Shown piece by piece: positions 42,599 through 58,408 of a stretch of DNA of 64,000 bases (its first letter is position 1; each line of letters opens with the position of its first letter). Source of the stretch: the human T2T-CHM13v2.0 reference genome, Homo sapiens. The DNA lies in assembly GCF_009914755.1 (NCBI RefSeq), contig NC_060942.1; one strand, given 5' to 3'. The notes under the pieces are model-generated. The model ran no database searches. It saw only the letters and a list, made by a program, of their open reading frames with translations, and was not told where the DNA came from. Made by a program: the position numbers and the translations under genes.

Positions 42599-43394
42599 TA
42601 TATCCCCAAAGATTAAAAAAAAAAAAAAAGTTCCAGGGCTTTTTTTCTCACTCCAGATTTCCTTTTCCAATTTTGGGATTTCTCATTTTAAGCAGAATAG
42701 ATATATATTTTTTGTGGCTTCCACCGTAACTCATGACGTTAAACTCACTATTAATGGAGATGCATTATAGCTGAGAAAAGTTTAAAGGCTTGCTGCAATG
42801 CAGAGAAATAACCTGACGGGTTGCTTATCACAATTGCATCTCACCTGCCCATACCTTTCGAATTTATGAAATTGAGCTGAGGATTCTAGGAGAAAATGCA
42901 AGTTTTACAGCGAGATTTAATCTTCCTGCAAGCAGCTAGTCCAGAAATACCATAACAACAGCTGTTCTCACAGAATATTAGCATTTCTGCTTCTGGTCTC
43001 AGCTGCTTCTCTGAAGTGCAAAGAAATGCAAACATGGAAAATGTTCATTTTTAACATTAGCTTGAGTTTGGAAATCAGGGGACATTCATCGATCCCCAAA
43101 AGTAATGGATACACATTTCTGCTGATTATTTTATTCCTGAAGTAATGTATGACATGCATAGAATATCTTTTATTAACTATAGGAGGGTGCATATTCATGA
43201 TTTGGCAGATGATTTTCAACTATGGTCCATAAAGTGAGTATAGTCCTTGATGACATGTGAGACAAAAATAAAAGGTAACTCTCATCTTTTTAATATCGCC
43301 ATACTTTAAATTTCATTCCTTTATATTTTCATGCCCATGACTAAAAAAGAGAAACTATGACAGAAACTGTATCAATTTTGGTAGTATTTTTCCC

Positions 43395-43523
43395 TTCAAA
43401 TTTGTTTATTTATTTAAATTAATAAATAAAAGTGTATGCATTTATCAGGGACAACATGCTTTGAAGTATTGTGGAATGGTTAAATTTAGCTAATTAACAT
43501 ATGCATTACCTCATATAGTTATC
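43395..43523 (-). mobile_element. Short L1MA 3' tail
   Basis: ttgtggaatggttaaatttagctaattaacatatgcattacctcatatagttatc; TSD tttggtagtatttt on both sides. Confidence 0.8.
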
Positions 43524-43725
43524 TTTGGTAGTATTTTAAGCTAATAAACTCTCCTATCCAATTTTTACCAAGAATAATTTTATCATAGATCACTTCCAAC
43601 GGGGTTTTGAAGATGTTTATGTCATCGGTAGAACTTTCATTTAATTCATCTTTTAATTTGTTTTATTGAATACCTGTAGCCTTCATAATTATTAAGCTCC
43701 ACAGACAACATGATTCTCAGTGATC

Positions 43726-43833
43726 GCATCAAAATAAGCTAACCAGTGTTTAACAATAAGACACATGTCTTCTATTTCCCCGTATTATTAGAGGGTACTT
43801 TGCTAAGTGTAGGGTTCTTTAGAGTTTCTTGAG
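43726..43833 (+). repeat. Inverted repeat, left arm (partner 44581-44686)
   Basis: Manual alignment to the reverse complement of 44581-44686: 4 substitutions and 2 single-base indels. Confidence 0.95.
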
Positions 43834-44079
43834 AAATAATTGATAAACATTGCAACTGACTATTTCTTGGCATAGTGTTTAATCTTCTCAGGAAATATGA
43901 ACAGTTCATTAGGCTAAACATGAATAATTATGTTTCTATAATTGTGATTAATCAAATAATAATTTGCCTTGCTTAGATACTGTCCTATTAATTGTTTTAT
44001 TTACCCAGTGTATTCATAACAAACTCAAGGATCTTGAAGCCTTTTGGATGGTGCTTTTTTTTCCCTTAAATAAAAATCC

Positions 44080-44372
<293 letters not shown>

Positions 44373-44580
44373 TCAATTTAAAATAACAACTGCAGAGAAT
44401 ATTTTATTGTGGAACTTTGTAAAGCAACATTTTAAAAAAGAACTCACATGTGGAATTGATGATATACAGCGAATTAAGCAGTTACCTTAGATACATACAC
44501 ATCAGGAGTCCCAACATCTACCACATGGTGGAATCTTGAGACCATGTCTTCTTTTTACAGAAATGCTAATGGGCTCTTAA

Positions 44581-44686
44581 CTCAAAAACTCTAAAGAACT
44601 CTACACTTAGCAAAGTATCCTCTAATAATAGGGAGAAATAGAAGACATGTGTCTTATTGTTAAACACTGGTTAGCTTATTTGATGC
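44581..44686 (-). repeat. Inverted repeat, right arm (partner 43726-43833)
   Basis: Same alignment as the left arm. Confidence 0.95.
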
Positions 44687-46807
44687 TTTTATTTCTTTTA
44701 TCATCATTGATGTATTTATTGTGGAACATTTTTTACTTTTACATAGGCGATTTACAATGGTTCATATTGAGGACCAGTTGCTTTGCCAGCAAAATATTGA
44801 TATCTTTAACTCTGTTCCTAATATATCTCACACATATCCATGCAAATACAAGAGGTTGGAGTTTGCCCTCTTCACAGTAAAAAATTCTTTCTCACTTGCC
44901 TCCTAATATCTAGGGATTTTTTTTCTCTTTATCTGTTAGAACAATAGCAAGGGAAGAGCTAATGTATGAGGCTTATGAATTGTACTGACTTTTGAAAAAA
45001 AAGAAAATAATCTATAATGAGCACTATTTCATAAAAATGTTTCCATACTTAACATTCTTTCTTTTCAAGTTTCCACTGTAAAATATAAACCTGAAAATAG
45101 ATTTTAAAGTTTAATTATGTTATGTCCATCTACATGCATCTTACACCTTGTCCCAAGACATATTTTTGATAGTACAACTCAAGCAGGTGAACTAACACTG
45201 GTAGTTACTCTTAGAGAAAGTTCATGAAATCACACCTCTTTTATGTAGTTCATTTACATATAATTAAATCTAAGCTAAATTAGAAAAATACAGAAATATG
45301 TTATAGCAAGAGAACGCAGGGAGGCGGAGAATGAGAGGGAGAGGAAGCAAAAGGAGAGAATGAACATTTGAAAGCTAAAGTGATGATATTCAGTGTAAAA
45401 TGTAAGGAAATATTACGTGGAGAAGATGGTATTGGAAACAGATTTTAAATGATAGGTAAGATTTTTCTAAAGAGTAGAAAAAAATTTCTCAGTACAGGAA
45501 AAAAGGTGGCAAAGTAGCAAGATTTGGGAATATTAAGAGAAAAAAGAAAAATTTACTTTGACTTGACGGGATTTTTTACAGGAAAGTAAGAGGATATGAA
45601 GTAAAAATGTTATGAGCCAGATGGTGGAAGGTCACGAACATCAAACTGAGGAGCTAATCCTTGATTTGGAAGGCATGGGGGAGTCATTGCTTGGGTTTAA
45701 GAGGAATATGGCTCTACACAGCAGGAAAATCATCCCTCTAGGCACAAAATTCCAGTAGTTTTCTATACAGTGTTCTGAAATAGGAAAGCCACTGGGCAAA
45801 ATTAAAGCAACAATTTGACTATAGTCTTTAATTTTGACCCTATTGTTTATAAATATAATTTTATTGTGAAATAATAAGTAATTGGTGATGGTGGTCACAG
45901 GTGGTGCCTGCTTCTCTTTAATGCACACACTGCGTTTAGAGCAGAAAAATGAGAATTGTTATAAATGTATGCATCCCTATTTTATGTGCTCTCAGCACTC
46001 ACTGATAAAACTCCCTATGCATCTTTCATGCTCTTCTTGTAGTGCTCTAGCAGAAATACACACACACACAACACACACAAATTCAGGAGTCTTTATCATT
46101 TTAGTTAATTATAGCAACCACAGGGTGATTTGGTCTTACCTAATTTGTGCTGGGTGCAATATTTATCATAATTTTAAGCTTAGGATGGAACCCAGTTCTT
46201 AAGCATTCAAAAATATATCATGCATTTTTTTAAACCATTCCACAAATCCCTGAGGAGGAAGAAATCGGCCTGATAATTTACAAAATTTGCTTTGAATACA
46301 AACGTCACCATGTAAGAAAGACATCTTCTCCCACCCTATATCTTTGCCTTATTCTGCATCCCTAGAGAAATTAATTAGCCTCTGGTGATGGCTTCACTCT
46401 GTTTCAAATAAAGTAGTGCTCAACAAGCTTGTATACTGGGCAAGAGACTGCAGTGATTTGAGGAAGAAAAGCAAAAAGGCATCATCCCTGCACAGCAAGG
46501 GAATCAAAAGCAAAAGAGAAAACAATGAAGCATGAGCATGAAATAACTCACATAGTGAGTGAGGCATTCACATAGTAAATTTATTTCACTGGAAAATATT
46601 ATCTGAAAAAAATTTATTTTGACATGTGTGTATGATGAATATAATTGTAGTTTGTTTTCAATACTCTAGGTTCATGTTTCTCAAAATATAAGAAGGCTTT
46701 TCCTTTATATCTGTCATAACAGAGAACATGTTCAATAACATAATGTCTTTGTAAACCTTGGGCACATCTGTTTGGTGAGTGGAGATGGACAGGTAACTAG
46801 CCATTCA

Positions 46808-46887
46808 CATACATACATATATATATACACACACACACACATATATATATATACACATATATATACACACACACATATATATATATA
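46808..46887. repeat. (TA)n(CA)n compound microsatellite
   Basis: Read directly. Confidence 0.95.
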
Positions 46888-47087
46888 AGTTGGCAATAAC
46901 TTATGAACCATTATAAATTATTCTTCTACAATATGCTAACATGAAAATGTATGGTATTCTTCTTTTTTTTTAAATTCAATGCTCTCCATCAGTGAACTAA
47001 GGGGAAGAAAATAGTGTTGGCTGGTTTTTTTTTTCTTTTTGATATGCCTTAGAAATCCTGTTAGAATTGAATTAAATATTTACACTA

Positions 47088-48135
47088 TGTGGCGGATTTG
47101 TTCTGAGCCAGCTTAGTTAAAATGGAAATACACTTCCCAGAAAGTTCTTTTCTGTGCAATTATAGGGTGGTGTGGTAGCCATAATAATGGTCCCCAAAGA
47201 TGACCATGCCCTAATCTCTATAACCTGTACTTGGCAAACATGTTTTACAAATGTCACTAAGTTAAGAATCTTGAAGTGAGAAGATTATTCTGCATTATCT
47301 CCCTAGATGGATCTAAGGAAATAACAAGGATCCTTAACATATGAAATGGGAAGGCAGAAGAGCCAGAGAAAGAGATGAGAATATGGAAGCAGTGGCTGGT
47401 GTGATGTGATTCCTATCTTTGAAGGTGCCACAAGTCTTGAAATATAGGAGGCTCCAGGAAGCTAAACAAACAAACAAACAAAAACAAGGGAATAGATTGT
47501 TCCCTAGAGTCTCCATATGGGATGCAGCCCTGCCTGCTTATGAGAGCCCTCTGAGACTCCTTTCAGACCCCTGACCACCAGAGGTGTAAGATAATATAGT
47601 TTTGCTAGAAACTACCAAGTTTGCGGTATTTGTTCAGAAATAGGAAACTATAGAAAACAGGAGACATTTGTACAAGATTTGGATGGTGAAAATAAAGAAG
47701 TAGTTATTTTTTCCACACTGTTAAAATCAGAATTATGAACCAGCACATCAGGATTTCATGCACACCACACCATTTGTCCTTGTTGGTTTGGGGAAGCACT
47801 TCCAGCTTTGCAGGATCACTTTAGTTCTCTGGGTTTTGGTACCAGGTATGTACGCAGCTACATGGTAAAGCATGCCAGCTTCTGTTGCAGATCACCTACA
47901 GCATCAATGTTGGAGCTGGTGAGGGATGAATGCAAGTTCTGGTTTGTCATCAAGGATTCCCACTAGGGCTTGTGTCCATCTCTCCTTTCCAACCACCTGG
48001 CTAGATGAACTATGCAATCTTCAAGCCTAACAGTTGACATAGTGTCCTTGAGCAGATTTCTCCATGAGCCTCCCCAAATGCATAACATCAAATCCTTTAT
48101 TCTATATCACCCCATTAGTGGTATTCTTATCAGTA
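47088..48135 (+). mobile_element. Old ERVL LTR (LTR41/LTR52-like) interrupted by MLT1D
   Basis: tgtggcgg...cagcttagttaaaatggaaatacacttcccagaa...agggtgg start; aaatcctttattctatatcacccattagtgg end. Confidence 0.55.
47171..47652 (+). mobile_element. MaLR LTR (MLT1D-like)
   Basis: tgtggtagccataataatggtccccaaagatgaccatgccctaatc...gattgttccctagagtctcca...ctgaccaccagaggtgtaagataat...aataggaaacta. Confidence 0.85.
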
Positions 48136-48149
48136 GGTGAAACCAAACA

Positions 48150-49986
<1,837 letters not shown>

Positions 49987-49988
<2 letters not shown>

Positions 49989-50289
49989 AGACCTTTCCAG
50001 CCATGCAGAACTGTGAGTCTATCAAAACTCTTTCCTTTATAAATTACAATTATGGCCAAAGGGGAAGTAACCACCTTCTTCACAGGGCAGCACGAGAGAC
50101 AAGAGAAGAAGGGGAGACTACCACTTATAAAACCATCAGATGTTGTGAGAACTCACTTACTGTCAGAAGAACAGCATGGGAGAAATCGCCCCTGTGATCC
50201 AATAATCTTTGATCAGGTTCCTCCCTCCACATATAGGGATTACAATTCAAAATGAGATTTGGGTGGGGACACAGAGCCAAACCCTATCA
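49987..50289 (-). mobile_element. THE1/MST MaLR LTR with an inverted ~60-bp piece
   Basis: aaaccatcagatgttgtgagaactcac...gagatttgggtggggacacagagccaaaccctatca; 49987-50047 lies in the opposite orientation. Confidence 0.85.
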
Positions 50290-50551
50290 GCTGGAGAGAC
50301 AACCAGGATGCTTTGACCTGCAAGGATCTTAAGCAATGACTAATAGGTAATAGTGATCTTAGGGACAAAATAGATGGCAACCTAACTTGGATATTACTTG
50401 ATTGGAAAAACAGAAAAGAAAGAAGGAGAACTAATGAAGTAAATGTGGAGGTCAGCCACAGCAATTGTAAATAATGACCTATGATTTTCTAAATCTAAGC
50501 CAGTTATCAGATGCAGAATGTTTTAACTGAAGGAGAGGTCAGGACTCCTAA

Positions 50552-50552
<1 letters not shown>

Positions 50553-50595
<43 letters not shown>
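50553..50595. repeat. (TG)n microsatellite
   Basis: Read directly. Confidence 0.95.
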
Positions 50596-50598
<3 letters not shown>

Positions 50599-50724
50599 AC
50601 ACACATTATTGAAAAAATTGAAACCACCCAAAAGTTGTCGGTTACCAGGTTTGAGGTGATTCTGATACCAGCAGAACCAAAACACCATACTTTCTGGTTA
50701 GAGTGAAAAGTCGTGGAAGTCAGG

Positions 50725-51282
50725 TGTGATGGTTAGTGTTAAGGGTCAACCTGATTGGATTGAAGGATGCAAAGTATTGTTTCTGGGTGTGCCTGTGAAA
50801 GTGTTGCCAGAGGAGATTAACATTTGAGTCAGTGGACTGGGAGAGAAAGACCCACCCTCAAGGTGGGTGGGCACCATCCAACTGGCTGCCAGCACGGCTA
50901 GAAAAAGCAGGCAGAAGAAAGTGGAATAAGCTGGCTTGCTGAGTCTTCCAGTTTTCATCTCTCTCTCATGCTGGATGCTTCCTGCCTTTGAACATCAGAC
51001 TCCAGGTTCTTCAGCCTTTGAATCTCGAACTTACACTAGTGGTATGCCAGGTGCTCTCAGGCCTTCGGCCACAGACTGAAAGCTACACCGTGGGCTTCCC
51101 TATTTTTGAGGCTTTGGGACTCAGACTGAGCCACTACTGGCTTCCTTGCTCCTCAGCTTGAAGCTGACCTATCATGGGACTTCACCTTGTGATCGTGTGA
51201 GTCAATTCTCCTTAATAAACTCACTTTCATATATATGTATATGCTATTATTTCCGTCCCTCTAGAGAACCCTGACTAATACT
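50725..51282 (+). mobile_element. MLT2A-type HERV-L solo LTR
   Basis: tgtgatggttagtgtt...gattggattgaaggatgcaaagtattg...ctctagagaaccctgactaatac; 5-bp TSD tcagg at 50720-50724 and 51283-51287. Confidence 0.92.
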
Positions 51283-51774
51283 TCAGGTGATCAATAGAGT
51301 AATGGAGTTCAGGCACACGTATATTTCTGTCACTCCAGAATGTCCATGTACTCATCCTGTGATTATTTTTCTAATCGTGTAGTTAGGATGGATAAACTTT
51401 AACTGAAATCATTTACATAAATGTTTTCATCTCATGAATTAAAATCTATTCAGTTGGGGAAGGCCAAGCAGAAGTCCCTGAAACTTTCCTCCTCCACCAC
51501 CACATAAACAAATTCCATACTAGGATGAATTAAAAAGATTAACACAACCATCAAAGAATTAAAGCATTCTGTGGTGGTAGACCCTAAACATCCACATTTA
51601 GTTCCAGTCTGGTCACTATAAAAATCAACAAACTGTGCCAAAGAATGGCAAGGCATCATAAAGTTAAACAAACGGTATCTCAGTTGCAGCTGTCGAGTCC
51701 CATATGGTATTGACACTTAAATAATTTAACACCGTCTCTGGCACTGAGTATGTGGTTATTGATCAAAGTTAAGA

Positions 51775-52760
51775 ACTGCCATTAAAAGATAACAATGAGA
51801 GAGTTAAAAAGTCAGGCTCCAGACAGATACTTGTAATAATTATAAACATCAAATTATTCATATTGAAATATTAAAAAGTGCTGTGTATCAATAAAAATTC
51901 AGGTAATATACTCAGGAAAAGGGCACAACTAATTGTGTGTGTTCTTCACAAAATAAGATATCCAACTGGCAATAAACACTGAAATATACTTAAATTATTC
52001 ATTATCAAGGTTATAGAAATTAAAATCACAATGTGATACCTCACAATGTGATAACACACAACTCCATTTATCACAATGTGATAAACATGCACCCAAATTG
52101 CTAAAGTACAAAAAAGAAATACAATGGCATTGGAGGGATGTGCATCAATGGGAATTTTCATGCTTATTAATAAGGTAGAAACTGGGAGAACAGCGGTTGA
52201 AAACTGGTTGGTAGTATATACTAAAGCCATACATCTGTGAACTTTATCACTTAATCGTTTCTCTCCTAGGTCTATTCCAGAGAAAAATTTATATGAATAT
52301 TTAACAAAGGACATGTAAACAAATCTTTTAGAAGTGCTGTTTATAACATCCCAAATTTGAAAACCCAAATGTGCATAAACAGTTGGCTGATTAAACTGTA
52401 ATATATTCATAAACAGAATCCTATAGAGCAGAAAGAATAAATAATTTACAACTACATACAATAACATGGACAGATCTAACAAAGATAATGAGGAACAAAA
52501 GTCAACAGACATAAAGGAGTACTGGAAAGAAGTGCAGTAAAAAGTACTGAAAAAGGCAAAAGCTATGTGTGGTTTTAGGTGTCAGGATAGTGATTATTAT
52601 TCATGAAGAAAGCGATGATTAGAAAACAGCTGATGATATTCTCCATCTTTTTGTGGGAATGGCTATAAGGGTGTGTACAGTCTGAAAAGATACCATTATG
52701 CAAGCATCTGATTTGTTTCCTTTGAAACCTTTATTTTACAGTTTAATAAACATTACCTTA
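51775..52760 (+). mobile_element. Old L1M 3' fragment inserted in the ERVL RT region
   Basis: ctcctaggtctattccagagaaa...aaaacccaaatgtgcataaacag...ggtgtcaggatagtgatta. Confidence 0.8.
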
Positions 52761-55700
52761 AATGGAAAACACAGCAGTACAAATCCATTGCCTTGCTCAG
52801 GACTATGTTGATTCTTCTGTTCTCTGCCACAATGTACTCTGCAGGGTTTTTGCCTGTTGGTTATTCTGCCGAACATTACTCTGGTGCACTATACTGATGC
52901 AACTGTGCTCATTGCGACCACACTAATCAGGCAGTAGTTCTCTGGGTACCATAGCAAGATATATGCACCCTAGATGGTGGGAAATAAGGCCCACAAAGGT
53001 TAAAGGACCTGCCCCTCAATCACTTTTTTGAGGCTCTAATAGTATAATTCACGGCATTGTATCTCCTCTAAGGCACAAGGCTATTTTTGGAACTTTGTGC
53101 ACCATCTTACTAAAACTTGCTGGACCTCTTGGATTTCTGAACATGGTATATATGACATCTGGAATGCTATTCCATGGAATTCATCAGGTAACTCAGAAGT
53201 ATTTGAGCAAGAACATCTTCTGCATCATGTCTAGCCTGAGTACAAACTGCCTTTCCACTCATGCTGGATAACCCCACAAATCTAACACTACCAAAGGTAT
53301 CTGAGAAGATAAGGTCCGTTTTGGAATCTCTGGCACACCAAAAAAAGGAGAGTTACAGAGACCATTTCTTAAAAACGAAAGCCAGGTCTTGACTTGACTG
53401 GAAGAGAACTCCTCAGCATTTTAAAAACAGCTGTTGATGTGGTACTTGTCCCTATTTGGGCTTGAGCCCTAATAGAGCATCAATGACTTTGCAACCAGAG
53501 CTGCCCATCTTGACCTGCTTATTCTAAGATATATTAGACAGCTTGGGCAGGAGCAGCAGAAATTTATTTATATAGGAAATAATGCATTATAGATCTAGCC
53601 TCATAAGGTTTAGAAGGCAAAAAATATTTTGAATGAGTTGGTGACTTAGATTCCTTTGTCCCCTACCTCTGCTACCTCAATGCTTCTTACTCAGTTTATA
53701 TATGTAGCCTTGTAAAAAGTTCTCCATAACAACCCTGTAAAAGAGAATAATAGCCTTGTTTACAAATTCATCAGATTACCATGCTGCACTACAGTGACTG
53801 TGCATTATATTTATTTTGCTACACAATAGGCCTATCAAGGATGGCCTTCAAGGCAATAGTCAGGAGAAATCTTCCCACTGAATGGAGTAGTTAGTAGTAT
53901 ACTTGGTCATTCACCTCATATGGAGAGATGCCTGAAGTAAAGATATAAACGAATTCCTCAACAAGTAGCTCAGATGTTTAGTCAGGAACGTTGGAGAAGA
54001 AAGTTTAGAGAACTGGAGTGAAAGGAGTTTGGGAAGTGGAAAACTAGTATGGATATATGAGACTGGGGAAAAAGAATGGTGATCTTTGTTTCTCATTTTC
54101 ATGAGGAACAGACAGCATCCATCACCAAGGAGGAATGACTAAAACAGAAGGATAGAATTCTTCTAATGCAAGTAAGCTACCTTCTCTTCCTACCCTCTCT
54201 TCTTAGCCAGACCAGTTTCTATAAAATGAGCCTGAAATAACCACTATCCATAAACTAACAAAATATCTGATTTGTCAAAAGAGATCCCACATAATATTAT
54301 CTAAAATCAAGGGACACATTTTGCATTAAAAGAGATGCAACATTTGGGTCAAGACCATAGGATTCATTGGTCCTGTTAAACCACGTCAGTTTGAAGTGTC
54401 CATTTAGATGACATATTAAATTCTTGGTTAAGATGACAGCTCAGGGATAACACCCTGCAGAACACAATATATACATTATACCCCAGTGAATACAGGAGTC
54501 CTATATCCACAATAGCTAGAATGTGGGTCTGAGTACCAGTGATGTCAGTTTTGGCTCCATCACCATCAATCCTAGAGATGTATTTGTGAAATATGTTCTT
54601 CTCAAACTTGTAAGTATACACCATGGTGTGGTGGATTAGAAGTCCTAGTTCCACGGACTACAGATTTCAACTGGCCACCAATTTTATGTCTGTGTGATGG
54701 GTTAGACTTTTTGTAGGTTATAAATGTTCTGAATGGTGTAGGGTGTGGATATTGTCTGCCCTATTATAAATCCTTTTTGAACTCTGAATTCCAGCAAATA
54801 CTACTCATCAAGGCAAAGGTTTAAACTGAGGGCAGTTCATCTCAGCAGCAATGTATTATCTTTCACTTTTTGCCACAGACCTTCTGTGACAGCAGTATTT
54901 GGCACATCTGTGGACAACTTAGCCATTTTGGCATAAGAATCATCTGGAAGGTAAAGATCATTCACATCTTGACCAGTTGGTAAGTGCCCTCCTCTTAGGT
55001 TCCTATAACGGGCAGTGCCCAGTTTCCCACAGAGGTTATCAACTTTATTACTTACTTGATAAGTGAATTTTTCTTTGTCTTTTTTTCTATGCAGGCTATA
55101 AGCAGTTTAATTTTTTAATTTCTGATATTCTTCCATCTTTCATTCCAACAAATAATTATTAAGATCTTAATTTCTTATATGTGAGTAAAATATGTTTGTT
55201 TCAATATGATGGTCTTGATTAGATCATCTGAAACTGCTGAGTATTAATATCTGCAACATTTTAATCAGTGGAGGTGTATTTTTGTCAAAGTCCAAGCTAT
55301 TTTATTGTATTTTCATTCACTCTTGAGTACTAGAGGCCCAGCTTCTGTCTACCATTGTGTACTTGTTTGCAAACTCGCTAGATATCAGACTACTTAAAAA
55401 TATTTAGCAAATAATTTAATATCATATATACCTTATTTTTCCTTCTGGTACGTGGTATAGCTAAACACATTTAGAGAGCTTGCCTGATGTCAGATTTCCA
55501 AAAAGCAGGAAGCTTGGCAAAGAGCAATGGCTACAATATACGCAGGGGAAGAAATGAGTGTGTTTCACCACAGGGTCATAGGTAGCTATACAACTAAAAT
55601 TAGGTAAGTAAAGAAATTATCAGTACCAATTCATCTCTGTTAATTGTGGAACTCTGATCTGGATTCAGGCTTGCCCTTATTATATGCTTGCATGATCTTT

Positions 55701-56794
55701 ACAACATGGTAGATACTCTTAAAGCTTCAGTTGACAAATTCTCTACAAGAAGTAGAAAAGGAAGAAAACAGTCGTACAAGGTATTTCCAAATTACATGGG
55801 CATTCTTGTGAACTGACTCAAAATTGAAACTTATATACATATATATCTTTTCCTTTAAAAACAAATCTGCCAAAGTAAGAGGTATCTGGTGACTTTATTT
55901 AACTCTAGTTTAGATTTAATTTTAGGTAGTGATCTTCATAAATGTTTATTTATAAAAAATATAATTATGTGTAGCACCTCTATTATGGTGTAAGAATGAA
56001 AGGATGAACTGAGGAAGTAGACACTAGGATAGCTGAATGAGAAAGAGAAGCTAATTACCCACTGCTGTACCTCATGGCATGCCATGAGCCCTGAGTGCCC
56101 CTTGAATAGAAAGAATCTCTTCTTGTTACAGGGGAAAAATGACTCATGGTCTGGATATAGCCTCTCTATTCTTACTATACAAAGGAGACAATGCAATTTG
56201 GAATGCAGGGGGAAGGGTGCTATCACCATAGAAGCACACATAATTGTATACTCCTGAGAATAATGACATTCCTCATCCATTCCTTCCCTTTCTTTGTTAT
56301 TGACTAGAATAGTGTCATCTTTGGCTTTTTGTGTATTCTTGTATTATGTCGTGTACAATAATAGAAAGAGACATTTAATTACTCCATTTCTAATCTTGAT
56401 AGAAAAATATTTTATACAGGGATTTCTCCTTTCTTCTACCAGGTAACATGTATCAGAAAATAGGCAAAAGAAGGAAATCATTGATTTACAAACAGATGGT
56501 GTTCCAAGTGTCTATATGGTAATTGTTTAAAATGCAACAAATGTTGTCAGAGGAACTTTCTGGAAAATAGTGGTAAGGTCTAACTTGCATCATGAAAAAC
56601 ATGATAGAAGGAAACGAAACAAAGAAAGAAAAATAGGAAAATAAGTAGACACTACGATCACTCACTGAAAGGGAAAGAGGACCTAATAGGAGAAAGAAAG
56701 CTTTGTAACTCAATGTTCCTCAACTATTTATTGGTAGCATTTCTCATTCAGAGAAAAAAGGGAAGAAAAGGATTCGATGGGAAGAAAGAAAATT

Positions 56795-56950
56795 AATTAT
56801 GAGCCTTCTTTGTGCCAGACAATTTAGTCAAAGTATAATGTTTAATTTCAACAATGTGCTATTAGGAATATTGATAACTTGTCCAGGGTCACTTTAAACA
56901 TGTGAATAGATAAGCTGTCATACACCCAGCTCTGTCTGCTTCTAAAATTT
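56795..56950 (-). mobile_element. MIR fragment
   Basis: ttatgagccttctttgtgccagac...taacttgtccagggtcac...acccagctctgtctgcttctaaa. Confidence 0.6.
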
Positions 56951-57288
56951 TCACCTACTGGATTTTTTTTTTTTTAGAATGGCCCAAAATTGGATCTAGC
57001 CATATTTCCCTTACAGAATCTTAGCACCAGTTCATGGAAGAAAAGATATGAAAAGTAGACAAGCATCTCCACCTAAGCTCAGAAACACACTTTTTAAAAA
57101 AACTCCAGAAGAGACCTTTTTAAAACCAAAACATTATTATTAGAACTCAGTCCCGTGTCTGGGGATCTGGAGAGTAGAATATTGGCAAGAGGGCAGGCAA
57201 GAAGCAGAGAGAAGCCCTGTTTTTCCCTAAGGGTAGACCCCAGGTACCTGGTTAGTTTTGTATACAAAATTGAAGTTTTATAGCTATG

Positions 57289-57289
<1 letters not shown>

Positions 57290-57323
<34 letters not shown>
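57290..57323. repeat. (TG)n microsatellite
   Basis: Read directly. Confidence 0.95.
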
Positions 57324-57324
<1 letters not shown>

Positions 57325-58126
57325 CATTAAAATCTTTAAAAAATAAATTATTTAGTTTAGTTTACTTACAATTTACTTAGTTAAAATGTCACTGCATTAA
57401 TCAGAGTAAAGAAACTCTTTTCCTTTGGATAACTTTTTAATCAACAGATAACAACTATTTAAAATTCAACATGGAGGAGGAATCTGGGTTCTGTCTGTCT
57501 TCCTAATTCAGACTTGCATTTCCACCAAGAGTGACAATTCTTTTTTAAAAGATCTATTTGATATTTATTCAACTTCACCAGGTATGGTTTGGCATTATAC
57601 AAAACATCTTAATGACCAGTAGAGTAAAAAGTTCTCTAAAAATTAAAATGTGATAGCCTTGTTTCCAAGTATTTTAATTGTCATAAATTTGTTTAAAAAT
57701 AAGCATTAAATGCATGTTTGACATGCTAAACTTTCTTTAATTTCAATACCACAAAATACATATAACATACAGATGTGGAAAAGTCCAGTTAGTATATAAT
57801 ACTCTGCACACCATTAAAAGCTTTTTATATGAAATGCACATGTACATACTGACTTAGAAATCCCAGCTTTTTAACCCAATGTAGCTCTGAAATGTTAATG
57901 TATTGCAACAAGTGAAAAATCACAGTATATAATTGAAGTTTTGGTTGAAAATGTCAGATGTCCAATATTTTGAATGGTGTACAAAATAAAGGCATTCTAT
58001 CGTCACTAACAGCACCTTTCTGCATAATCAACAGGCTTTTAATTACCTCCCCTTCAAATCCTGCCCCAAATATCAAGCCATTATTTACTAAATAATTTTA
58101 ATTTCAAATGAAAGGATTTTCAGTAA

Positions 58127-58408
<282 letters not shown>

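Larger units (their letters stand above)
50290..54740 (+). mobile_element. ERVL internal fossil: gag end, pro, RT, RNase H, IN (interrupted by MLT2 LTR and L1)
   Basis: Gag end ~50300-50545; gggaaggccaagcagaagtccctgaaact resembles 'GKAKWKPLEL'; caggactatgttgattcttctgttctctgccacaat resembles 'QGYINSPALCHN'; ctggtgcactatactgatgca resembles 'LVHYIDD'; RNase H-like aaacagctg...caaccagagctgcccatc; heavily disrupted. Confidence 0.8.

Noticed and set aside
51946-52512. Longest ORF (188 aa, - strand)
   Set aside because: Antisense frame of an L1M 3' fragment; F/L/I/V-rich composition reflects the T-rich strand; no recognisable domain.
57239-57250. 12-bp palindrome ccaggtacctgg
   Set aside because: Several 12-bp palindromes are expected by chance in 64 kb; no supporting context.
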